A stretch of 64,000 nucleotides of DNA, from positions 112,592,001-112,656,000 of the forward strand of contig OX597817.1 in NCBI GenBank assembly GCA_951406725.2, in the 5' to 3' direction. The translations under genes were made by a program, and so were the position numbers. Positions 42,202-56,450 of the stretch are shown piece by piece (positions within the stretch are counted from its first letter, which is position 1; the number at the start of each line of letters is the position of its first letter). The DNA is from Octopus vulgaris. Its lineage: Eukaryota. The notes under the pieces are model-generated. The model saw only the letters and a program-made list of their open reading frames with translations. It had not been told where the DNA came from and searched no databases.

Positions 42202-45200
42202 GTTAATAAGACTGTAATATTGATTCCTTTCTTTACTTAGGCACCTGGTCACACTTTCAGTGGGAGGGTACAGTTAATAACATCAATCTAGTACTTAATT
42301 AGCACTTATCTTATTGACCCATAAAAGAATAAAGAATGTCATATTGAATAGAGGTGATGAGGAGAAAATTTATTGACAGTTTTTGTGAACAGAAAAGTTG
42401 CACACAGACTAATTATAGATTCATATTCATTCCAAAATTCAGTAGTATACTTCACTAAATAATGCAGCTTTTATTTTGGCTGCCCATAACAATAATTGTT
42501 TCTAACATAGACATAGGGTCAGAAAGTTTGAAGGTTAATCAATTATGCTGACTCCAGAACTTGATGGGTACTTTATTTAATTGACACCAAATGGATGAAA
42601 AGCAAAGGTAATCTTGACTGGACTTAAACTCAAAACATTATGGTACGACCTCACCTGGAATTTGCATCATCGATCTGGAACCCCTATCTTGCCCAGGATA
42701 TTAATCGTCTGGAAACCGTTCAGTGACATGCAACCAAGAGAATACCCTCCATCAGGAATTTGCCATATTCTGAATGCCTTACTTCCCTGGGCATGGATAC
42801 ATAGAAACTCCGACGTCTGACAGCTGACTTGGCAGACACCCATAAAATTATTAACCATCTTACAAACAATAACTCTGAGCACCTTTTCAAGCTCCACCTG
42901 TCTAACACCCATGGACATGTTTACAAAGTCAGAAAACAGCACAGCTCTCATGACTTTCGAAAATATTTTTTCATGCTAAGAGTTGCTGAAGTATAGAACA
43001 AACTGCCGGTATCAGTTGTTAGTTGTCAGAGCACTGCATCCTTCAAAACTTCCATGCTTCCTGAGATTTGCCAACACTACACCTGATTTTCTCCCCTCCA
43101 TACACATGCAAGTATGTATCTGACTCATACACTGTTCACTTTCCAGACATCTGTACATTACTGCATATGCTTTATATGCACTTTTGACCTAAAATCAAGA
43201 GAGAGCTAGTTGATTACACTGAAGTCAGTGTTCAACTAGTTTATTTTACTGACCCCCAAAAGGATAAAAGACAAAGTCAACCACCACCATAGCAATAATA
43301 CTGAAAATGTAATGATATCAATCTGAAAAGGTATGGACTTAACAAAGTATGAGAAAATGTGACAAAGTCTAGTTTGATTAGTAAAGCTTTTATAAAGTTC
43401 AGTATTCTCTCCAGCAACTTATGTTAACTAAACTGAAGCTAAATAACCTTGTACTGGATGCAACTTAATACTTGAGTTCATCTGGTCAAGTTTGCCCTAT
43501 TTCATAAGGTTTATAGCATGGAGATTACTAATCAAATGATGGCAACCATAAGGTTCATCACATCAAATATACTATGTTTTAGTCATTTATGAGGTCATGA
43601 TGTATGTTACATAATACAGTAGTCCAGTTATGTAAGCAGCAGTATTGCAATCAAGGAATGTTATATTTTTTGATAACTGATCAAAATAAGGTGATCAATT
43701 ACAGTGGAGATTTAAATTTGATTTAACTTTTATTTTTCATCTATTTCAGTCGTTAGACTGTGGCCATACTGGGGCATCACCTTAAGGAAATTTTAGTTGG
43801 AAGAATCAACCCCAGTACTTTAAAAAAAAATTTTTTTAAGCCTGGTATTTATTCTATCATAGTCTTCCATTAAACTACTAATTATGGGGACACAAACACA
43901 ACACCAGTTGGTCTAGTGGTGGCAAGGGACAAACACAGACACAAAGACTCCCACACTTACACACACACACACACATGACACAGGCTTCTTTTAGTTTCTG
44001 TCTATCAAACCCACACACAAAGCTTTGGTTGACCCAGGGCTATAGCAGAAGACACTTGCCCAAGGTGCCATGCAGTGGGACTGAATGCAGAACCATGTAG
44101 GGGAAAGCAAGCTTCTTTACCACACAGACATGCCTGTACCTATATGTACAAAAAAAATCTATGTAGAGAAATAATCTATGTACAAAAAGAAAAATGTTAA
44201 ATTCCATGAAATTTATTGAAAGCAGCAAGCAACTCAGTACATGTGATTGAGAAGCTAACTTCTTACAACATAACCAGGCCTGCACTAAAAGCCATGCCTT
44301 GTGGTTCAGAAGAGATTATTGATACAAAAAGGAAAAGGATTGGTGAAGCACCATTTATATATGATATAGAAAGTCTTTGAGTAACAAAGCTGTCAACTAA
44401 AATAATAAAACTAAAGTACTTTTCATAGCTGGAAAGTTTAGCTAGAAGGTTTGAATACTATACTGTCAAAAGATTACCTAGTACCAAGGAGAATTGTAGT
44501 GTTCAGTTCTAGCCACTACTTTCTGAGGTCACTATTTCCTTTGATCCTATTTGGGTTGATAAAATAAAGTACCTATGTAAATATTTACTCATATTTATGT
44601 CTTTCAGGTTTCTTCAAGAAAGACATGGCAAATGAGAATCCCAAAACTTTTTTGGTTTGCTTGTGTTTTAAGGGCATATGAAAGAGTAGGCACCAATGGC
44701 CATTGTATGACTGAGAGAAGTAGTGCCAAAACTCAGCAGGTATTACTAACCTTGAAGGCATATGACTTAGTGGTTAGAATGTCAGGATTACAATTGTGAG
44801 GTTGTGAGTTTGATTACCAGACCAGGCTGTGTGTTGTATTCTTGAGGAAGAAACTTTATTTCATGTTGCTCCAGTTCACTCAGCCGTGGAAATGAGTTGC
44901 GACATCACTGGTACTAAACTGCATTGACCTTTGCTTTTCCCTTGGATAACATTGGTGGTGTGAGGAGGGGCAGGCTGGTATGCATGGGCAATTACTGGTC
45001 TTCCATAAACAACCTTGTCTGGACTTGTGCCTCGGCAGGGTACTTTTTTAGGTGCAATCCAAGGTCATTCATGTCCAAAGAGGGTCTTTACTTTATTATT
45101 AATTTTGAAAGACATAATGATGGAACAACACCACAGAAACACTATAATTAACAGGATAACTGCTATAAACTGATTTCTAAAAACATGTAACTATGAGGGA

Positions 45201-48200
45201 AACAGACAACTCTCTAAAAAAATGAAACATCACAAAAGAACAAAGAGAACACCACAAAAGAACATCAAAAGATTCAACAAAGTTGGATGCACAGATGGGT
45301 GGGAATGCTATATAATTAAGAGCAACTCACTACTTGGTAAATCTGATTGTAACAGAGCTCCCCTGGAAAATGTCTGTCCAACAGAATTACTAGCCACACA
45401 TGTATAGGTTCCACTATCAGATTGTTTAATGTTCTGGATCATTAGCCGTTTTAAGGCGTCACCCCAAAAGATGATGGTTGCTGATTGAGCAAGAACTTGT
45501 CTGTAGAAAAGGAAGAAAAAAAGAAATTAATAACAAGGAAATAGAACAGTTAATTAAGGATTTGGAATTTATTTTAAATGTTTCTTAAAATGTGGAGTAT
45601 CCAGTACATTTCTTTATAAATGTCATCACTACACTTCTATCATAAGCTTTGAGTTGCACAAGATCTGCTTACAAAGCACCCAAATTAATAACACATGCAT
45701 AAAAACTGGCTACAGACACAGACACACACACAGACACAGACACACACACACACACACAGACAAACACAAACACACACGCACACAAACTTGTTGTAAAGAG
45801 AAACAAGAAATATTAAAATTAAAATGCAATTTTGACAGACACAAATTTCAGTTCATAGCTGCAAACTCTTCTAATTAACTTAGTTCCTATATCATGCGTT
45901 CAGTCATCTATAATGGCTAAAATACTTGTGCAGCTTTTTAGAACACTACTATAATTCTATTATTTTCTCCTTAAGCTCTGTGAAGCATTGAAATCAGTGC
46001 TCAATTCTGTTTTTATTATTTAAAGTAGTTGAGAGAAATATTTCCTTCTAGATCAGCCACAAGTCTATCAGAGGTAACATCCTTTGCCTGATAGATGACT
46101 GTCAGGTAAAAGGCACCAGATCATTTGGTTTGTGGCTATGGATATTTCTCCTGATATAAGTAGCTGTTTTGCAAAACAAGCAGCTAATTGCTGTGTTCAT
46201 TAGAATTGAAACAGTAACCCTTTAATAGTAAAATTAAATTTCATAACTTTTTTCTATAAATGATGTTAAATATCTACCAAAAAAATAAACATGGTATTTT
46301 CTGCAAGTCATACTGCCTTGATGAAATTGATGTATTTCAAAAAAAAAATAGTTTCGAACAAGTTCCCCCCACCCCAAAAAAAAAGAAGAAAGAAAAGATT
46401 GTTATATAAAACTGTTTTCCACAGTTAAGGATAATAAAAAGGTTTAATGAACATACTAAGAGAGAGAGAGAGAGATGAGGAGGAGAAGGAGAAGAAGAAG
46501 AAGAAGAAGGAATATTGACTTCAAATGTTGGCACAAGGCTAGCAATTTTGGGGTGGTGGTGGCAGTAAGTTGATTACATCAACCCCACTGCTCAACTGGT
46601 ACTTATTTTACTGACTCTGAAAGGATGAGAGGCAAAGTCGACCTCATTGGAATTTGAACTCAGAACATAAAGCTTGAAGAAATGCTGCTAAACATTTTGC
46701 CCAGTGGACTAACAATTCTGCCAGCTCACCATTTTAGGAAGGAAGAATTATTAAGCTGTTGAATACAATATCCATGTTGTCACTATAGATTTCTAATGTA
46801 ATTCTTTCAAAAATTATTGAAAAATTACAAATAATGCCAGACCAGGAAAACAGGCAACAACAACAAAAACATAGCACATAAAATTTTCAATAAAACAAAA
46901 AAAAAATAGTAAAGAACACTGAATTAACAAATACCAGAGATAAGCAACAAACAGTGAACCAACAACATCACAGAGTATGTAAACTAAAAGTTTCCTGTAT
47001 ACCGTAGACTGGTGTACATAGAAAATATTTAATCAGATTTGTGCTCAAAATAACCACCATAGGAACTCTATAATGTAATTCACTATTGACCAGAAAACCT
47101 CACACATTATTAGCATGCTTCAAAGGGAGGGAAATAAAATTGAAATACAGAGACCAAATTATGGAGGCCATGGTGAAAGTTATAGTCCAGTTGATCTGTG
47201 ACAAAGTAAATGTGGATGAGATGCAGTTTAGTTTTGTCCCTGGAAGAGACACTACAGATGCAACCTTCCTAGTGAGGCAACTGCAGGAGAAACACCTAGC
47301 TAAGAATAGACCACTGTTCTTGGTTTTTGTTTAGTTGGAGAAAGTATTTGACAAGATACTACATTCTGTAATTTGGCAAGCTTTGAGGGAGCTAGGTGTA
47401 GATGAAGGGCTTGTTCAAAATTTCTTAGTATAGGTGGTACAGAAAAAGCACCCAATCCATGCTGTAAAATGGTTGGTGTTAGGAAAGGCATCCAACCATA
47501 AAACCCATGCCAAAGTAGACATTCAGACTAAATATAATCTTTGGACACATTGGATCCTGTCACACCTTCCAACCCATGCCAACATGGAACATGAACATTA
47601 AATGACGACGACAGCGATGACGATGGTGATGATGATGATGATAGTGGTGATTTTTCAATGTCAATTACATTTTCCTTCTTAAAACTATTATGTTTTTGTT
47701 TTTTAAGTTTTAAGCTTCAATTCTAGACAGAATTTAACTTTTTAAATAATGTGGCAATTATTTTGTTTTAACTTCTATATCTTAAACATTTCTTTTCACT
47801 TGATGAAATAGATTTGAAACACCTTGGATGTTTGTAGATGAGTGTGAGTCAGAGTTAATTTTTGAGGGAACAGTCTGGCATTTTTTTAATTTTCTAATTC
47901 ATATTTCATCTGGTCCCATAATTTTACCAAACAGAGTTCCCCTAACATACAAGTATTTAAAATGTAGATGAATAATATTTTACCCATTATGTAACCAAGA
48001 GATTTCAGGTTCAGGATCGCCAGTTGCAGCACAGGTAAACACCATTGAAGTACCTATCTCCAGCCGCATATCTTCTGGTTCCACAGTAAACAGAGGTGCC
48101 CCTGAGAATGAAATGGAAAAAAAAAAAATAAATAAAAGCTCATTCTTCCATTAAATTAGCCAAGAGAATTAGCAAGATAGGAATTCACAATGTAATATTT

Positions 48201-50002
48201 TGTTTCATCCTCACTTTGAAATTTTACATAAATGAAATAGAAACGCTTTGAAAAGAATTATAGTAAAATATAAATAAAAACAAAGATATTTTAAGTCGGA
48301 ATTTAAAATTGAAATTTGGTTAAAACCTGAAATCCAAACATTCAATTCTAATCAACAAATATAATTGCATCCTTTATAATTGAACTTTTGTTTCATAGCA
48401 TGCAACAATAGGTTTGTTAAACCTCATTGGAAAGATCTGTTTACCCAGTGCCAGTTCTCACTGAGTGAACAACCAGCTTAGTACAAAAGCCTGCATGCAT
48501 GTACACAAGCTCTGTCTCACACACACACACACAGATGTACACATATACATATTTTAATGTTAAAGCAAATTCTATCCAACCCATGCAGGCATGGAAAAAC
48601 GAACACTATGATGATGATGATGATAAAAATGACTATAAATTTGTGCTAGAATCAAAGAATCACAAGAATTACAATAAGAAACACTGGGCATGATGTAGAC
48701 CCTTAGCTAATAGTAACTTTTGTGTCACAGCATGGAACAGTAATCAGAGCAAGCTTAATAAGAGGAGACTTGTAATCAAGGAGTGTCAAAATAAAATCAA
48801 TGACCCTCTGAAGGCCAGAAAGCCACACTAGAACTGTACCCAGAAGAAGGTGCTGAAACAATGGGCCTGAGGTTTATGATACAAGGTAGAAAGCCTAGTT
48901 GTTATATTTGTTGGGAGTAAAATACACCTTAGAGCTGAATGCCTAGAAGAATTAGGAAAAATTAAGCAAAAACAAGGAAAAGGAAAATAATGAACAGCAA
49001 CAAGATAAACAACAACATATTCCGGTTTCCAGAGTATCACCAACCAAAACTTGAAGAATAGCAAAGGAAATATTTTTAGGCTCAGTATGATATATAGTTG
49101 AGCAAATACCTTGTTTCCTAGTAGTAACAGTTTGTAGTACCAATCTTTCATCATATAATGAGGAAGAAATATTTACAAATAACTATATAAAGGGGAAAAA
49201 GTGGAAATGATCACAGAAAAAAAAATTAAAAAGAAACAACTAACTTGGGTGAAGAAGAACAATTGACAATGAAATCTTTCCTCAAAAATAAAGAATAAAA
49301 TGTACATGAAAACAAACTAAGGCCCATTCTTCAAAAATCAAACAAACAGTTAATAGGCAAAATTAGACATCTGTGACACCACAGACTCTCTGAAGAAGTT
49401 GGAATGCTACAAAAACAATTATGTTCAGAATATAAACAGCATGCAAAAGATAGATTACTATTAAAATTAAAATTGCATTATATTGAACCTAAAAGAGAAA
49501 TCCTCATGATGTTGGTGTTTTCAACTCCAAATATCTCAAAAAATGCTAAATGAGGCATTCACTTGCACTCAAGCACAATTTGAAAAATGGTTAAATGAGC
49601 AGGGTCCTGAAGAATCCAGAAAAATTTTCATGTCCAATTTCTTTAAATTATATTGTGTTTGAATTATCGTGTGCTATTGTACATTTTTCAATTTATTTGC
49701 ATGCAAATATGTGTGTATGGATACATATTAGTATGTGTATGTTGTATGTGCATTTGTGTACATATGTGTAAATATTGTTTATATATTTATGTGTGTATTT
49801 GTATGCAGATGTAAGTATATACATGTGTATGCCTGTGAAATTTTTGATAAATCCTACCATATATTGTATACTGTCTTTTATCCCTTTCCTTTATAATTTG
49901 TAAACATGCTTTTTCATATTCCACATAATCCTTTCTTTCTTTGTAACCCCTAGTGTAAATTTCATATTATTCTATAATTCTTAAATCTCTATGGCTAACA
50001 AA

Positions 50003-50059
<57 letters not shown>

Positions 50060-50081
50060 TAATAATAAACGACAGCAACAG

Positions 50082-50115
<34 letters not shown>

Positions 50116-53100
50116 CACCATCACCACCACCACTACTACTACATGATCAAGCAAACAGATGTCTCTGACAGAGTGCTAACAAATGAAATATAACATAATT
50201 ATTTATTGAAAAAAGGATTATTTTTTTGTTTCCTGTTTCTCTATCTAGAATATTGACAAAGGCCTTCATATTAATTAAGAATCCATTCCAATTCCCTGGG
50301 ACAGAACAAGATTTGTCTTGATATTGTATTATTTAGCTGTATATATTCCTGTCATATGTTATTTCCAATCATTTACTCATATTACATGATAGTCAGTTCA
50401 GGAAAAGTAGGAAGAGGTACTTGCTACAGTGAAGGTGGCAGTATCTTCAATAGTGTAAACAAACATGCTCCCCCTTTTCCAAATAATTATCTTCAAACAG
50501 AAAAATAGATTTTAAAATAAAGAGATGCAGAACTTACAGTTACACAATGAAAAACATACAAAAAAAATTAATAGTGATAAAATATTAATTTAAATTTGAA
50601 ATAAAAATGACACAACAAGTTTTGATCCATACTGATTTGAAAAACTCAAAGATGTAATGTAATGTAATGTGAAGTTACCTTCTTGGGTTATGCTGATTCA
50701 TAAGGGCCAGTTTCCTGGTTTCACAGTGTATAAGTTCCCCACCTGGACAGAACACTGGTCCATTGCAGGATTACTCATTTTTGCCAGCTGAGTGGACAGG
50801 AGCATCAAGCTCAAGAACACAACATGTTGTCCAGTCCAGGAATTGGAACCACAATCTTATGATCATGAGTCAAACACCCTAACCACTAAGCCACATGACT
50901 CTATTCAAAGAAGATGGATTTTTACTAGAAGTGCTAACAAAAATTTGTATAAGCGCAGGAGTGGCTGTGTGGTAAGTAGCTTGCTTACCAACCACATGGT
51001 TCCGGGTTCAGTCCTACCGTGTGGCACCTTGGGCAAGTGTCTTCTACTATAGCCTCGGGCCAACCAAAGCCTTGTGAGTGGATTTGGTAGACGGAAACTG
51101 AAAGAAGCCCGTCATATATACATATATATATATATATGTATATGTTTGTGTGTCTGTGTTTGTCCCCCCAACATCACTTGACAACCGATGCTGGTGTGTT
51201 TACATTCCTGTAACTTAGCGGTTTGGCAAAACAGACCAATAGAATAAGTACTAGACTTCCAAAGAATAAGTCCTGGGTTCGATTTGCTCGACTAAAGGCA
51301 GTGCTCTAGCATGGCTGCAGTCAAATGACTGAAACAAATAAAAGAATATGCATCTAGGATAAGCAAGAACTTTTGAGAAATAGTAGTCTGTTAACCTGAA
51401 ATTTGGCTGCCTTTCAAAATCTTTGAGTGAAAAGTTTGCAACAAAGTAGAATTGGAATTGCACATATTTCAAACTCATCTTTATATAAATTCAAGTTTAC
51501 ATCACACTTGGGGAAAGTCATGTAAGAAGAAGGTTTTTCTCTTTTTTTTCTTTTTGCTGTTTCAGTACCTCACATATATAAATATACATTGCATGGATCT
51601 GCATACTCGAGTTTGTTCTTAGCTTATAAATATCTTTTAACCCTGTTGCTTATATAAATCAGATGTAAAGGACATTCACTAAGACAAAAATAGTTCTTCC
51701 AACTATAGCAATATAGCCTGAAATAATTAACTACATCAACTCTAGAGCTCAACTAGTACATATTTTATTGACCCTGAAAGTATGAAAAGTAAAGTTTACT
51801 TAGTGGAATTTGAACTCAGAACATAAAGCTAGAAGAAATGCTGCCAAACATTTTGTCCACCAGAGCAATGATTCTACCAGCTTGCCACCTTTTAGTAAGT
51901 TAAAAAAGTAAAAACTCAATTACACTCCATACTATCAAATAAGATACTTGAACACTAACAATATTTTGTTTTTTTACAAATACTGTGGATCAGCTCTTTC
52001 ATCTGCCTAAGCTCCCTGGAGATCAACTGCAGATGTGGTCAGGCCACCAGGATCTGGGACCACTCACCTGGGATGACCTCAACCCTGTCAACAAGAGCAC
52101 GAAGCAAGCAAACAAGTAAGCGAAAGGAACTCATTGATCTGAGCCACCACAAGGAAAAATTGGGGAGATATATATGAAGTATGTCAAGAAAGACAACACC
52201 TCCTTCTCTCAGAAATTTATCTAGGGTACTGTGATTAGAAACAAATGTCCTTGTTTTTCAAACAATGGGAAAGGGTTTCATGTGCCCACCAAAGAAGAGC
52301 TGGAGAGAGACTTGGAAAAATTTGAAACTATTATTATTATTGTTATTTTATTTTACTTCTCAGACCTCTCAGTCTTACTTCTAGTTAATTCTGAGAGAGC
52401 AGACAGCAACCTGTTATCAAAGGTCTCACAAGGTCTCTCGGGGTCTTGTTCTATGAATTACAAGACTTGGTACCTTGATATTACGTATTGTGAAAGATAC
52501 TGAACACCCAAGTACCAATCTCAAAATCTTCACTGGCCCCAGTAGAGCAGTTTATAGAGCATGCTCTAACCTCATGTCAATTCCAATTTCTCCAACATAT
52601 TTCTTGAACTTGGTTGCTAGTATTCCAAGTGCCCCTACAGCTTCTGGAATGACAGTTACATCATCATCATCGTCATCATTATTGTTGTTGCTGTTGTTGT
52701 TGTTATTACTATTTATAATTCACTTCATACATGAAAGTAAATACAATATAATCATAAATCAATCTAATGCAAGAGTGCCATAAAAATAATACTTCTCAAG
52801 GTCATTGACAATACATAATTCCAAACTAAGTTTTAGGAAAATAAACAGGATATTAGACAAATTAAGAAGCAAATTCTTAATGGTATATAATTTTGAAATA
52901 TTTACAACATATAATTGTTCAAATCCAGGGATTGGTTACTCTATTTTATTTATTCTTCAATTGGAGGGAAATTAAGAAAATTATAAAAAGAGAAAAAAAA
53001 TTAAGACTGAAACTGTATTATATTAAGGAAATTAGTTTTGGAGGTGGTCAAGGTAGTAGAGTGGTGTAGAAAAAGAACAGCATTATTAAATTTTGAGCAT

Positions 53101-53299
53101 CTGTTTTCCTGAGGTCAAGTCTAGTTATTATGCTATTGAAGCATTGTTTTACATGCTGGATGTACTTCCTGATACCAACCCTTACCTGACTTTCAATTAA
53201 GGGATCTCTTATTACACACAGCTTCAAAGGCATGAAGTAAATGGGTGATTTATTGAGAGGAGAAATGTCAACAACACTTCTCAAATGACGAGTTTCATA

Positions 53300-53334
<35 letters not shown>

Positions 53335-54310
53335 TCAAGTTTCTTTTCACATTCTGTCAACTAAATCCATTCACAAAATTTTGGTGGGCCCAGAGCTATG
53401 ATAGGAGACACTTTCTCAAGATGCCACACAGTGGGATGGAACTTAAAACCACACAATAGGGAATCAAACTTCCTAATCACAGAGCCATGCCTGCATCTAT
53501 TGTCAATGGGAAAGATCCCTATTTTTAAAGAAGGCAAAGTGGAGGATTGACAGAATAAATACTGAGATGCTATAAAAAATTTTCAGCGATTTTCAGAGAA
53601 TCAGAAAACACAAGAAAAGCATAGTCACCCTTCACAAGTCAGTATGACTTCGTAGCTTGTATCATACTTACATTCATTGCTTTAAGTGTATAATGTAGTT
53701 TCTGCAAGTGAACATAAACATACTCCCAGACCTCTCACTTTTGACCTAGTGGAACATTGGGGATATGACAACTTCAAGGAAAGAAGCCAGCAACTGTAGT
53801 GTAGAGTCTGGTGCAATGGAAAATTAATGTGTCTTACTAAAGGACACAAATCCTATCCAGTCCAGGAATTGAAACCATGACCTTAAAATAACAAGCCCAA
53901 AATCCTCACCATTTGGTCAAGCGCTTCCATAAGAGACAGAGACAAGATCAATATTGGGCAAATGCATGAAGAGCTTTGATGAGACAACAGTAAGAAACAA
54001 GGACATTATTGGTGACACAGAGTGGCAATCTCTTGTTTTGTAAAAATGTAAGGTGCAGGCATGGTTATGTGGTAAGAATTTTGCTTCCTAACCACATAGA
54101 CATGGGTTCAGACCTACTGCATATTAATTTAGGCAAGTGTCTTCTATTATAGCTTAAGGTTGACCAAAGTCTTATGAGTGGATTTGGTTAATAGAAACTG
54201 AAAGAAGCTCACCATGTATGTATGTATGTATGTATGTATGTATGTATGTATGCATGTATGTATGTATGTATGTGTGTGTGTATGTATGTGTGTGTGTATG
54301 TATGTATGTA

Positions 54311-54361
<51 letters not shown>

Positions 54362-56417
54362 TGGCACTTGTACTGGTGGCATGTGAAAAACATTCAAGCA
54401 AGGTCGCTGCCAGTGCCGCTGGACTGGCTCCTGTGCAGGTGGCACGTAAAAAACTCCACCTGAACGTGGCCATTGTCAGTACCACCTGACTAGCCCTCGT
54501 GCCAGTGGCATGTAAAAGCACCCACTACACTCTCGGAATGGTTGGCGTTAGGAAGGGCATCCAGCTGTAGAAACTCTGCCAGATCAGATTGGAGCCTGGT
54601 GTGGTCATCAGGTTCACCAGTCCTTGGTCAAATTGTCCAACCCATGCTAGCATGGAAAGCGGACGTTAAACGATGATGATGATGATGATGATGATATATA
54701 TGTATACACACACACGTCTTTGTTTTTCTTTTTCTTTCACTTACTTCAGTTACAAGGCTGCAGTCATGTTAGGGCCCTGCCTTGAAGAACTTTAGTCAAA
54801 CAAATTAACCCCAGTACTTATTGTTTTTAAAGCCTGCCACATATTTTATTGGTTGTCAGGTGGTGGTGAGAGACAAACACAGACACAAAAACACACACAT
54901 GCACACCGATACACACACTCACACACAAAAATTGTTAATCCAAATAAGTGAATGATTAGAAGAAATAAATTGGAAAATGTACAGAGAGTAAATTAGAATT
55001 AATTAAACTTTAATCATATTTTAAAATATAGGAATGCACTTTAAAGGTTTCACATTAGATTTCTAAAAGGACATAGTTTACAGAGTGGTGTCAGGAATTA
55101 TGTCTATTCAGGCTGTTGCCATAAAAAATAGTTTGCTTTTAAAGAAGGAAAGTGGCTCAGAACACTATCTGTTAATGTACAAATGATAAGGCACAGGAGT
55201 GGCTGTGTGGTAAGTAGCTTGCTTACCAACCACATGGTTCTGGGTTCATTCCCACTGCGTGGCACCTTGGGCAAGTGTCTTCTACTATAGCCTCAGGCCC
55301 ACCAAAGACTTGTGAGTGGATTTGGTCGACAGAAACTGAAAGAAACCTGTCGTATATATGTATATATATATATATATGTATATGTATGTGTATTTATGTG
55401 TTCGTGTTTGTCCCACCAACATCGCCTGACAACCGATGGTGGTGTGTTTATGTCCCTGTAACTTAGCAATTTGGCAAAAGAGACTGATAGAATAAGTACT
55501 AGGCTTACAAAGAATAAATTATGGGGTTGATTTGCTCGACTAAAATGGTGGTGCTCCAGAATGGCCACAGTCAAATGACTGAAACAATTAAAAGAGTAAA
55601 AGGGAGTATTCATGTATTAAGCTTATGTGGTATTCGCACAAGGTCACATAAAAGCTTCTCTCCATTGAATTTGTCATACAACAATTAGAAAAGAGAGATA
55701 TGTATAAGTCATATAATAATGATTTACATAAAAATGTTATAGACAATTATTGGTCATTATTCTGTTGAAAAATAATGTTATCAATTAGTGCTAGTTCCCT
55801 CCAATTGAATATGCTAAAACATATCCTTTCTTTGTTAAGAAGGTGTGGGGTAAGATAACGAGGTGTGGAGTAAATAAGATAGATGATAGCTGCTACATGA
55901 ATTTTAGTTTTAAGAAAAAGTAGATATTTTACAATAATTAAATCATAGGAAAAGGAAAACTATGTATTACTGATGTCTTTTTCAGCAGTGGCTTGCATTT
56001 TTTAATAAAAGAACTTTTTAATTCTTGTTTGGTCTGGACTATTATCAGCACATTTATAGAATGGGAAGACAAAAACCTTGGGAGATTTGGCTTTTGCACA
56101 TACGTCCAGATGTTCGCTAAGTGGAAATATATATGTGACAGGCTTCCTTCAATTTCTGTCTCATAAGGCTCCACTCACAAGGCTTTGGTCAGTGTGACAT
56201 TATAGTAGAAGACACTTACCCAAGGTGTCATGCAGGGGGAACTAAACCCCGAACTATTTGGTTGGGAAGCAAGCTTTTTACCACACACAACCATGCCTGC
56301 AGTACATATGGAAGATGGGCTGAATCCTGGAAGTACTGCAATATTTGGCCAACCCAACTTTTTCTAAATATCAGTTTAATAGTGACTATATATATATATG
56401 TATACATATATATATGC

Positions 56418-56450
<33 letters not shown>

